From Pseudomonadota bacterium (GTDB taxonomy: Bacteria > UBA10199 > 2-02-FULL-44-16 > JBDRGF01), in NCBI GenBank assembly GCA_043818055.1, contig JBDRGF010000101.1, positions 1 through 59,024 on the forward strand: DNA of 59,024 bases, given 5' to 3'. Position 1 is the stretch's first letter; each line of letters begins with the position of its first letter. The notes under the pieces are model-generated. The model made no database searches. It was given only the letters and a program-made list of their open reading frames with translations, and was not told the DNA's origin. Below, piece by piece: positions 39,578 through 49,500 of this stretch. The translations under genes and the position numbers were made by a program.

Positions 39578-39654
39578 CATGTGGCATGTAGTATGTAGTA
39601 AAAAAATCTTCTTCGCCGGTTTTTCCACATGCTACATGCTACATGCTACATGCG
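39568..39654. repeat. inverted heptamer-array element (GCATGTA)
   Basis: gcgtatgtagcatgtggcatgtagtatgtag ... ccacatgctacatgctacatgctacatgcg; contains both convergent stop codons. Confidence 0.85.
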
Positions 39655-40855
39655 ATTTTTCTTTAATCCGATCATAACAATCGATCACTTTTCTGACATA
39701 GGCTCGTTTTTCGGGATATGGGCCGGGGTAGAAGCTTCTTTTGAAGCCGTATATGATGATATTCTTCAGCTGATCAGGTGAGATGTCGAAATTTGAAGTA
39801 GCAAGCTCTAATTCGTTAGTCACAGTTGTTCTCGATATCAACCTATTGTCGGTACAGATAGTTGTCGAGAGCTTCTTCTTGAGCATTTCGCCGAAGGGAT
39901 GTTTTGAGAGATCTTTGAGCTTCGGCATCGTCTGCTGATTCGAAGTCAGACATACCTCAATCGTAATTCGGCTATCGGCAATATACTGCCAAAGCGACTC
40001 GACGTATCTTTTTCTCTCTTCCTTGTTTGGAAGATCGACCATGTTCTCATCGAAAAGATGTGTGCCGTGTCCGATCCTCTCCGCGTGACACTCTGTGAGC
40101 GCCTGAAAGATCGAGGCAGGTCCGTATGCCTCTCCCGCATGCACAGTCTTTTTGAGAAAGTGCCTGTGCGCAACATCGAAGGCCTCTCTAAAATATTCGG
40201 CCGGGTACCCCGCTTCGGCGCCTGCGATATCAAATCCGATGACGTGGATTCCATGTTGATCCCGAGCTTCAATAAGCTCTCTTATTAGATCGAGCGCTGC
40301 CATGCCAAACCGCTCTCTTTCAGGCATAGTCGGATGAATACCGACCAGCGTTCTGTAGTAATCAGAAAACTCAGCGGTAAACATCCTCATTGCGCAACCG
40401 ATGATTCCATATTCGAAGGGAGGAAACACTCCCTTTTTGATATCCTCTCTCTTGTTGATATCCTTTTTTGCGCTGTTCAAACCTTTATCAACCGCCTTGA
40501 GAATTTTTTCGGTGGTGAGCGTACGCGTCCGATGTTTTTGCGGAGCAAAACGCGGCTCTATATAGCAGACATTTTCCGCGGCACAATCTATCGCCAGTTC
40601 ATACGATACCCTCTCAAGCGCCTCTGCGTTTTGCATAACCGCGCAGATATAATCAAAGCCCCTTAAATAATCGGGAAGATCATCATATTTTTTCTTGAAT
40701 ACCAGCTCTTCCATACCCTCCTCGGTATTAGAAGGCAGGGAAATACGCTGCTCCTTGGCAAGTTCAATCAGCGTTGAAAGCCTCAAACTTCCATCGATAT
40801 GAAAATGAAGATCGGTCTTGGGAATAGCTTTTAGAAAATCGTTAGAAAAAATCAT
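39632..40855 (-). CDS. add: adenosine deaminase family protein
   Basis: PKTDLHFHIDGS, HAGE, RIGHG, TDN. Confidence 0.85.
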   Translation of the reverse strand: MIFSNDFLKAIPKTDLHFHIDGSLRLSTLIELAKEQRISLPSNTEEGMEELVFKKKYDDLPDYLRGFDYICAVMQNAEALERVSYELAIDCAAENVCYIEPRFAPQKHRTRTLTTEKILKAVDKGLNSAKKDINKREDIKKGVFPPFEYGIIGCAMRMFTAEFSDYYRTLVGIHPTMPERERFGMAALDLIRELIEARDQHGIHVIGFDIAGAEAGYPAEYFREAFDVAHRHFLKKTVHAGEAYGPASIFQALTECHAERIGHGTHLFDENMVDLPNKEERKRYVESLWQYIADSRITIEVCLTSNQQTMPKLKDLSKHPFGEMLKKKLSTTICTDNRLISRTTVTNELELATSNFDISPDQLKNIIIYGFKRSFYPGPYPEKRAYVRKVIDCYDRIKEKSHVACSM

Positions 40856-40865
40856 GTATCTATCC

Positions 40866-40948
40866 CAGTTTACAGTTTGTAGTTATCAGTAATATTCAAC
40901 ACCTTTTTGTTCTTTAACTGTGCACTGTAAACTGTCTACTGTCAACTA
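40866..40948. repeat. inverted heptamer-array element (CAGTTTA/ACTGTAA)
   Basis: cagtttacagtttgtagttatcagt ... actgtgcactgtaaactgtctactgtcaact. Confidence 0.75.
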
Positions 40949-40951
40949 CCC

Positions 40952-41812
40952 TCACACCGGATCCGAGTGCACTGTCACCTGAGATTTAGGAACAGCTGCT
41001 TCGATTTTTGATATTATCTCCTCCGTTATCGCGTGTGCAGTCTCGAAGCTCACACTGTGGTCGATTTCGAGATGAAATTCTATATGATTTATCGAACCGG
41101 ATTTTCTTGTCCTCAAGTGATGATATCCCCTGACATGAGTGGAGTGGGATTTGATGCACGAATCGATAGTTGCGAGCGTATTTCCGGGAAGAGCCCTGTC
41201 CATGAGCTGCGAGATGGAATTCCAGAGCAGCTTCACAACTGATTGAAGAATGTAAAGGGAGATCAGAAGGGATATTATCGGATCGGCATTCGGCACCTTG
41301 AAATATTTTTCCAGCACCAAAGCCACGATAACGCCACTGGCCGTCCAGACATCGGTCGCGTAATGAAGCGCGTCGGCCGATAATACCATCGAATCATGCC
41401 TCTCTCCGGCGCGGCGAAGAAGCCTCGCAATCCAAAAGCTGGGAGGGATGGTTGCAATCATTACGATGATGGCAAGGTTCGCAGACTGGAGATGATAACC
41501 ATGCAGCATCTTCCAGATCGCACTTTTGATGATGAAAGCAGCAACACCTCCGATGATGATCGCATGCACGAGTGAAATCAGAGGCTCTATCTTGCCATGT
41601 CCGAACGGATGATCTTCATCGGGAGGCTTCTCGGCCGTCTTCACTGCAAAGAGGGTTAAGCTTGATGCAAGTACATCCATGATGGAATCGAGGGCGCTCG
41701 CCAGAACCGCCAAAGACATAGTGAACATGCCAACCGCGAACTTCACGAGCGCGAGCGTCAGGGCATTTAGTATCGCGGCCCAACTAGCCTTTGCCTTGGT
41801 TATTGGCTTCAT
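40952..41812 (-). CDS. cation diffusion facilitator (FieF-like) transporter
   Basis: ALDSIMD, PPDEDHPFGHGKIE, ADALHYATD, C-terminal VHSDP. Confidence 0.92.
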   Translation of the reverse strand: MKPITKAKASWAAILNALTLALVKFAVGMFTMSLAVLASALDSIMDVLASSLTLFAVKTAEKPPDEDHPFGHGKIEPLISLVHAIIIGGVAAFIIKSAIWKMLHGYHLQSANLAIIVMIATIPPSFWIARLLRRAGERHDSMVLSADALHYATDVWTASGVIVALVLEKYFKVPNADPIISLLISLYILQSVVKLLWNSISQLMDRALPGNTLATIDSCIKSHSTHVRGYHHLRTRKSGSINHIEFHLEIDHSVSFETAHAITEEIISKIEAAVPKSQVTVHSDPV

Positions 41813-41882
41813 CGGCAGCGATAATCCCCTGAAAAAAGGAAAAATGCAAGAATAGTAGCAAAAAGAGTTCAAACAACCCCCT

Positions 41883-41960
41883 GTGGTTATTAAAAAATGG
41901 TTATCTATAAAATAACCAAATGGTTGACTTATAAATAACCACTATGATATAATCAACCAC
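41883..41960 (+). promoter_or_regulatory. sigma-70 promoter with tandem TGGTT-N11-AACCA operators (leaderless)
   Basis: TTGACT (41924), TGaTATAAT (41945-41953), ATG 7 nt later; palindromes at 41898-41918 and 41921-41941. Confidence 0.65.
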
Positions 41961-43094
41961 ATGTGTAGAAATCCGTTTGTTTACGGTATCGAAGTCAGCG
42001 GCGACAGTTTCTGGGGAAGAGAGAAGGAAAAGCAGAAGTTAAAGAAAGACATTCTCAACTCCCAAAATGTCGTCATCTATTCAAAACGAAGAATGGGGAA
42101 GACCTCTTTGGTCAAGGAGGTACTGAACAATTTACCAAAGGGAAAATTTGTAACATCATATCTGGATCTGTATCCATCCAATTCAATTGAAGATTTTATA
42201 AGCTGTTATGCTAATTCCGTAACTCAGGCAATAGTCGGCCCCTTCGACAAAATTATTCTTGAAATTAAATCCCTTTTTAAATCTTTTACTCCTTCTTTCA
42301 CCGTGAATGACGATGGAAAGCCGATGTTTAACCTTGATTTCGGACGTGAGACAAAAGAAAACATCCTGCTGGATGAGGTTATAGAAGCATTTCCAGAGCA
42401 TTGCAGAAAAAGGGATAAACAAGGCGTCTTTGTCATCGACGAATTTCAACAGATTGGAATTTACGATAAAGATCATAAACTAGAAGCTCTGCTCAGGAGT
42501 CACTTTCAGACCCATCGCGATGTTGCTTATATATTTCTAGGCAGTAAGAAACATCTTTTGACTGACATCTTCTCCATGCCAAACCGGCCATTCTATCATA
42601 GCACCAAAATGTTTCCTCTTGGAGAAATCGAATATCAAACCACACTAAATTGTGTAATGGATAGATTTAAAAAAACCGGATGTAAAATAAATCAAGAACA
42701 TGCTGAACATTTAATTAAAATTTCTAAAAATCATCCTTATTATACTCAGCGTTTAGCACACACGGTGTGGAACTTGCTTGTTGAAAGAGATAAGACTGTG
42801 AACGATAAAATCATCGATGATGCTTTCATTGAAATCAAGAGGGAGAGCAGTGATTATTTCCGTTCTCTCTGCGAGCTATTGACATCTCATCAGCTGAAAG
42901 CTCTTAAAACGGCCGCGCACATTGAAGAGAACGATAAAATCTTTTCGAAAGATTTTTTGTCAAAACATAACTGGCAAAAGGATTCCCTAAAACAGGTTCT
43001 CGATACACTTGTTGAAAAAGACATGCTAAGTCGTGAAGAACATACATATATGATTGATGACATCTTTTTCCATAAGTGGCTTTTGGAGAATTGA
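41961..43094 (+). CDS. stand-alone archaeal-type AAA/STAND-like ATPase with C-terminal winged helix
   Basis: NPF..G...FWGRE, RRMGKTSL, VIDEFQ, FLGS, HPYYTQ. Confidence 0.85.
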   Translation: MCRNPFVYGIEVSGDSFWGREKEKQKLKKDILNSQNVVIYSKRRMGKTSLVKEVLNNLPKGKFVTSYLDLYPSNSIEDFISCYANSVTQAIVGPFDKIILEIKSLFKSFTPSFTVNDDGKPMFNLDFGRETKENILLDEVIEAFPEHCRKRDKQGVFVIDEFQQIGIYDKDHKLEALLRSHFQTHRDVAYIFLGSKKHLLTDIFSMPNRPFYHSTKMFPLGEIEYQTTLNCVMDRFKKTGCKINQEHAEHLIKISKNHPYYTQRLAHTVWNLLVERDKTVNDKIIDDAFIEIKRESSDYFRSLCELLTSHQLKALKTAAHIEENDKIFSKDFLSKHNWQKDSLKQVLDTLVEKDMLSREEHTYMIDDIFFHKWLLEN

Positions 43095-43152
43095 TTTCAA
43101 GTTGTTTATTTCACATCGCAAGACTGCTATTTTCTTTCGGCTACCGCGTTTC

Positions 43153-44193
43153 TCAACAATTGACGATATTATATTTTCTGCTTCCAAGCCCGATCTCTTC
43201 GGCATAGACAAGCTGTAGAAGTGAGTCGATCTCGGGGTGAGCCTCTTTGAATACATCTTTTTTTGCGGACTTACAGACGAGATCGTAGCTCGCCTGATCG
43301 ATAGCAACCGGATCGGTACCTGCCAATATTCCGATATCTTCTGTCAGAGTCGCCTCGTCCTTCGCAAGACAATCGCAGTTTGCCGTGATGTGGTTGATGA
43401 AGTTAAAATAGACGACTCGTTTTTCTTTCACTGCGCCAAACGCGTATTCGACCAGCCGCTCCTGAACCGCGCTCGCCGAAGCATTCCAGTTGATGCTGAG
43501 CGCCCCCGTCGAACAATGCGCCACACACTCACCACAGCCTATACATTTATCAGGATCGAGCGATATGCCAGCGTCCAAAAGGGTAAGCGACTTTGCAGGG
43601 CATCCGTCGATACACTTGCCACAACTGCAGCATTTTTCCTGATCGACTGAGGGAAATGCACCTGAATGCATCTCATATTTACCGACCTTTGAGCCGCATC
43701 CCATCCCAAGATTCTTCACAGCGCCGCCAAAACCGGTTAGCAGATGCCCCTTGAAATGAGAGAGAACGATCATCACATCGGACTCGGCTATCGATGTCGC
43801 TATCTTGACCGTATGAAAATGTTTTTTATCGATCTCAATACGCCTGTGGTCATCACCATATAGCCCATCCCCGATGATAACAGGCGCATTGATCTTCTGT
43901 TCGACAAAGCCGTGCCCGGCTGCAAGCATCAGATGTGTCACCGCGTTATCCCGCCTCCCACGATAGATGGTGTTGGTATCGGTTAAAAATGGAAGGGCTT
44001 TATATTTTTTACAGGCGCTGATAAATGGACGCACCAATTCAGGCCTGATATACCCCTTATTCCCCTCCTCCCCAAAATGAAGCTTGATGGGAAGCAACTC
44101 TCCCTTTTGAAGTTTCAAAAGCGGCATAACCCTATCGATCAGCTCCGAGAGGCGTTTATTTTCGTTCCATTTTAAAAATATGAGTTCTGACAT
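43153..44193 (-). CDS. DUF362 family Fe-S protein with a 2x4Fe-4S insert
   Basis: KLHFGEEGN, SHFKGH, GGAVKNLGMG, CDC, DPVAID. Confidence 0.85.
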   Translation of the reverse strand: MSELIFLKWNENKRLSELIDRVMPLLKLQKGELLPIKLHFGEEGNKGYIRPELVRPFISACKKYKALPFLTDTNTIYRGRRDNAVTHLMLAAGHGFVEQKINAPVIIGDGLYGDDHRRIEIDKKHFHTVKIATSIAESDVMIVLSHFKGHLLTGFGGAVKNLGMGCGSKVGKYEMHSGAFPSVDQEKCCSCGKCIDGCPAKSLTLLDAGISLDPDKCIGCGECVAHCSTGALSINWNASASAVQERLVEYAFGAVKEKRVVYFNFINHITANCDCLAKDEATLTEDIGILAGTDPVAIDQASYDLVCKSAKKDVFKEAHPEIDSLLQLVYAEEIGLGSRKYNIVNC

Positions 44194-44217
44194 GGGCTCA
44201 CTGATTTTTCGAATTAG

Positions 44218-45489
44218 TCAGTTAAATTCGGCTTTTATCTCTGCGCGACGATTTCTTGCCTGTCGCTTGACAACCATATCAATTGAAATAGGTTTTGTCG
44301 ATCCGTAATATTTCACTTCGATAATCGATTCGTCGATGCCATATTCGACAAGGTGTTTTTTTGTATACAGCGCTCTTCTCTTTGATAATTCGTCATTATA
44401 TCGTGAGTCACCCCACAGATCGGCATGGCCTTCGACGATAATCTTTTTAGCTGATTTTAATTTATCAATCGCTGTCAAGAGCGATGGTCTCTCTTTTGCA
44501 GAAATATAATATCTGTCAAACCTAAAATAAATTGTCACTATTATTGCATTTTCTTCGCTATCTCTATTTTGGATGTTTTCGCTCATAAATAATTTTTTCT
44601 TTTCAATCTTCGCAGTATAATTCAATCCTGCAAATACACCAAACTCCGGAATAGCGCTTCCGCTTGAAATTCCCCAGCTTCCACCAGTTTTTAATTTCAA
44701 ACCTTTTTCCATCTGCCATGATAGCCCGGCGCGAAGTTCAGCGGGCGTTGAATTAGAATCACTAAACATCTTTTTGAAAGGAGTTCTTACGTCAACCTCA
44801 AGCAATGCCCAAAATTTCCTGAATATTTTCGCCTCAACCCCTCCTGCGATTTTCATCTGGTTGTCAAATTCGATGTTGTTTGTTGAAACTCCGTCACGAA
44901 ATATTCCCCCCAAATTAAACGTTGTTTTCAGCCTATTTCCCACATTTTTATCGATGCTCAATATCAATGCCCCTGTCGGCTTTTCATCGCCCAAGAAATG
45001 AGACGACCTCCCCGTTGGAACGGAAAGCCAAGTGTTTATACTCAAACCAATACCCCTCTTTGATCTGTTGAGCAGTCGGAATTTTGTGTCCAAGTGCATA
45101 TCGCCGATATTTGCATGTCCCTTTACATCGGAGAGAATCGTATCAACATCGCCATATTTGTAATATGGCACAATGGGCAAATCCAAACCAATCTGCCAGC
45201 GATCGGCAATGCCATATGCGCTGTAGATATGGCTCACGAGGAGTTGTTCTATCCCATCGCGGACATGAACACCTCCTCTGGTTACTCTAAGCGGTTGGTA
45301 ACCATACGTTGCCATCGTTCCAAAAAGAGCCTCTCCCTTTTTGAGCTGATCGGATGACATGATGAAAAAATAGCCGCTGCGATCCAACGATGGATAGTTG
45401 CTGATGATATTAAATCTGTCCGTCGAAGCAAAGAGCAATGCTGGAACAAAGAGGATAACAATGAACGACAATATTGCACAGAACCTCAT
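44218..45489 (-). CDS. outer-membrane beta-barrel with C-terminal OmpA peptidoglycan-binding domain
   Basis: IYFRFD, VEGHAD, YNDELSKRRA, NRRAEI. Confidence 0.85.
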   Translation of the reverse strand: MRFCAILSFIVILFVPALLFASTDRFNIISNYPSLDRSGYFFIMSSDQLKKGEALFGTMATYGYQPLRVTRGGVHVRDGIEQLLVSHIYSAYGIADRWQIGLDLPIVPYYKYGDVDTILSDVKGHANIGDMHLDTKFRLLNRSKRGIGLSINTWLSVPTGRSSHFLGDEKPTGALILSIDKNVGNRLKTTFNLGGIFRDGVSTNNIEFDNQMKIAGGVEAKIFRKFWALLEVDVRTPFKKMFSDSNSTPAELRAGLSWQMEKGLKLKTGGSWGISSGSAIPEFGVFAGLNYTAKIEKKKLFMSENIQNRDSEENAIIVTIYFRFDRYYISAKERPSLLTAIDKLKSAKKIIVEGHADLWGDSRYNDELSKRRALYTKKHLVEYGIDESIIEVKYYGSTKPISIDMVVKRQARNRRAEIKAEFN

Positions 45490-46544
45490 TTGTTGAACCC
45501 AACCTTGAGGATCGAAGGATCGTCACTGATGGCGATGCTATCAAGGTAAACAAGATGCGAACTCGGATCTAGTGCAGGATTTAAAAAACAATCATATTTC
45601 AAGGCCAGAGAAAAATATTTTTCATTACAAAAGTCAGGCAACCATCCCGCGCCGGATAATTGAGATTCACAATAATGATAGTCATCGAGATTGGTTGTTG
45701 TCTTTGATGCTTCATCAGAGACATTTCTCTCTATGCATTTTACATCAAAAAATTCCTCAATCTGTTTTCTGGAAAAGTTGCGCAAATTTGAATAATTATC
45801 ATCATATAAGTCCGATTCATAAGCAAAGGCTATTCCTGCCTTTCTCCAACCGCTTCCCCTGATTGGCTTGACTTCATAATTGAGCATCAATCCTGTTGGA
45901 TTCATCTCATTTTCCTTATAGATGTTGATGTCTATGATGCCACTGTGTATGTTTATTTGAGTCTCAATTCTATACCATTGGTTTCCAGCCACGAGCTCAG
46001 GTGGAATAATCCTTTTGTCATTATTGACAACCGCGCCTTCGCTGTCGCTGAATTTAAGATAAAGATCAGGGCCAAAATTGTAATTGATGCTGAGCACCCC
46101 ATCGATATCAAGTGCTTTAATATACAACTGAGAGTAGATTATTTTATCATCTAAAAAACACCCGTTATCCAAAAAGAGCGTCGATGTGTTGTTAGGAGGC
46201 GACGCGCTAGGGCTATTATCGAGACTTGACTTGATCGCATTGACATTTTTGCCGGGGTAAAAAGGCGCGTTGCCGTAGAAATTCAGGCTGAGGCATTGTT
46301 TACCCGCAATGCAATCGTCATCGGCCACGACAGGTTTTAACCCGTTATTGTAGTATGGCACATTGTACGACCATAGCTCAGAATTTTGCAAGGCCTCGAG
46401 GTTTAAATTTTCAAAGCTCTCCGTCACAAATCTTGCAGGACAATTGCTTTGTGAATACTCAACCTTTGTTTTAGTGTCAGCATCGCTGCAACCACATAGT
46501 AAAGCTAACATGGCCAAAAATATGATTAATTTCTTCTCCAACAT
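45486..46544 (-). CDS. hypothetical lipoprotein
   Basis: LCGC lipobox; co-oriented and overlapping with the OmpA gene. Confidence 0.7.
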   Translation of the reverse strand: MLEKKLIIFLAMLALLCGCSDADTKTKVEYSQSNCPARFVTESFENLNLEALQNSELWSYNVPYYNNGLKPVVADDDCIAGKQCLSLNFYGNAPFYPGKNVNAIKSSLDNSPSASPPNNTSTLFLDNGCFLDDKIIYSQLYIKALDIDGVLSINYNFGPDLYLKFSDSEGAVVNNDKRIIPPELVAGNQWYRIETQINIHSGIIDINIYKENEMNPTGLMLNYEVKPIRGSGWRKAGIAFAYESDLYDDNYSNLRNFSRKQIEEFFDVKCIERNVSDEASKTTTNLDDYHYCESQLSGAGWLPDFCNEKYFSLALKYDCFLNPALDPSSHLVYLDSIAISDDPSILKVGFNK

Positions 46545-46560
46545 TTGTACTCCTTTGCGT

Positions 46561-49500
46561 TCATGGGCATATCTCTACAAAACCCGTGTTGTCATAGTAA
46601 CCGTCAAACAGGTTAAAGTGGGTCCAATAATTCAACCCCTTTTCATAGCATACAGGACCATCTTTATAATTTTTTATGACAGCGGGAGGAGGCGTGATTG
46701 GGCCATTCCAATGGTATCCAAAATGATCATTGAAAACATTGTCCGCCCTGTGATGATAATAGGAGAAATCAGTTTCTTTTGTCGGGGCATGGAAATAACT
46801 ATCGTAATTCCAAAAATCAAAAATTCTGAATTTATTTTTATAGAGAATGACGTTGAAAGCATGACTGCCTTTTTTAAGCACGTTTTCATCTGAATTCTCA
46901 GGTGCGCCAAAGAGCAAAAAATCCTGATCAAAGAAGTCATTGATTTCTTCTGAACTGCCTGAAGTTTGGCTTGATGCCGGTGTTGACCACGGAGTGCAAT
47001 TGTCGCCGTTTGTAGGATGACACCAAGAGTCGTGATATTCCGCAATCATTACGCATTTGGAGTTTATCCCTACATGACGCATCAGGGAAGCCCTTAAAAT
47101 TGCGTGGTCTTCGCAATCGCCACAGAATTTAGGTTCCTTTCCCCATCTGTTGCCACCATCGCGAATACAATGCCCATACTTGACCCCTGAATAATTTGGA
47201 TCCTTTGCCTCCTCTTTTCCCACGAACCATCCCGTGCGATTTCCTGAATCAATGATCGTTGTTCTAGCAGTCTGCGCTCCTTCCCAATCACCCTCATCCC
47301 TCATCCATCGCATGCGCGTCGTCACGTAGCGCGCAACCGCTTCCATTTTTTCATATACGGTAAAACTTCCAACTCCCTTGCCTCTGTATTGGGCATATTC
47401 ATTCAACGCCTCGTTTGCTGCAGCAACGACGGCAGGATCATTGAAGGAATACAAGTCGGACTCAGGGCCGCTGCCGAAATCATAGCCATTGCAATCCGTG
47501 CATGCTGTTGGACAATTTCCTCCGCAATCTATGCCAGTCTCGCCAACATCTGCTTCCTGTCTTCCGTTTTTACAGTGTTTCTGAATATCGGCTGCGCCAA
47601 CTATCAAACCAGGCTGGTCAATGCTGCCGTTGAAAATCGTTTTTCCCCCGTATGATGACACATAGCTGCTACCAAGCTCTGTCCAGCTCGAAGACGGACT
47701 GCTGCGATAAAACATCTTGTGGGAATTTACCGCATGCATGCCGTAGTTCTGAGTCATTTCAGAATCGGCAACTGAGATCTTAACATTGACAGCTTTCTTA
47801 AATGCAGAATTGGACCCTATTTTGTAAACTGGAGTTGCTATCCTGTAATTCGGATTTGAAAAGCTGTTGAATTGGGCTATTTCACCTGATGTAGTGTATT
47901 TTTCAATATCGACGACCGTTCCAATATCCAATGTTCCCGAATAAAATGTCAGCGTCAATCCATTGTCTTCGCTGTTTATCACCTGATATTGATCCACCTT
48001 GGGTTTTATCTGTTTGATATTGAGAGCCCTTCCTTCGCTCCATTTTGAGTTAAAAACATTTTCTCCATTGCTCCATATTTCCGATCTGATCCTCCAGTAA
48101 TATATGCCGGGAGAGAGCTTTCCGCTTGGCACGGAGATATTCGAGCTTGCAAAGTTCCCCTCAGTCCAGACTACATTGGAAAAGGCCTGATCGCGCGACA
48201 CTTCAACCCTATAGCTTGTTACATCCTTCACTGAATTCCACGCCAGCGCCGGCGTCGTACTGCTGCAGATCGTGCTCGACGAAGGGGACGAAGGCCCGGG
48301 GGTTGTCGGTACAATATACAATATAAAGCTATCGCTCCAATCAGACCAGTTGTCGCAGGCATCCGCCGCCCTCACACGCCAGTAATACGTCCCTTCATAG
48401 AGCAAGAGATGTATCGGCATAGTGAAATTCAAGTCTGTAATTGTATCCACCTCAAGTATTGTGTTTGTGAAACCTGAATACTTGGAAATTTGTATATGAT
48501 ATTTTACAGAATCCGATGATCCCTGCCACACAAATGTCGGGTTTGCGTCCGTCGTTGAAGCCCCGTTCAATGGACTCTGAAGGGCCGGGGGTGTCGGTGG
48601 CGTGTAATCCGGCACCCTTGCGGTTTCGAACGCGATCGTCTGCCCCGCCTTTAAAGCATTTCCGGCAAGGTCTTTGAGATTCGCTGCAATATCTAATGTG
48701 TAGATCGTCTCGTATGAAAGATCGGATTGAGGTGTGATCGTAATTTTTCGTGTATAGACATCGTATGAGACGTCTAACGCAATAGAGCCAACATTTATTT
48801 TAGTCAGCGTGAAATTTGATTTTACAACAGAGCTTGGCAGCATATCCTCGTTAAATGTGATCGTCATCGAGGCATTGATTGGAAATCCCTTTGAGCCATG
48901 CATCGGGTTTATCCTGTCGATTTCGGGTGAGATCAAATCATCGGACGGCGATGTTTTAAAGATAAATGCATATGGTCCGATCTCGCTGCCATCTCTGTCC
49001 TTTATACCTCCTGTGAACTCGACATAATAATTTTGTTGTTTCTGAAGAGCTGCGCTTGGCGTGAATATTGCCGATTTCGAAGGACCGTCATAGAAAATCT
49101 TGCCGTCGATTTTGGTTCCACCCTGATGATTTTGATAGAGCCTGATTGAGTTTTCAAGAGATGCGTTCTGGTCGAGCTCCTTGACAAACAATATCATTAA
49201 GCTCTGGTTTGTTGGAACGTTTCCCTCGCCATTCGCAGGAATCGTCTTCAAAATATCCGTGTTAAATGTCTTCACAGTGAACTTGTTAGACGTTGTAAAC
49301 TCGGACCAGTTATCGCAGATATCGACCGCCTTCAAACGCCAATAATATATCCCTTCGTTCAACGATAAATGCGGCGGCATCTCGAACTGCTGTGATGTTA
49401 TTGTATCGAGATCAAACAGGATGTTGCTGAATTTCCCGTCGCTTGCTATCTGAACCCGGTACCTGACACTGTCAGAGCTTCCTTTCCATACGAATATCGG

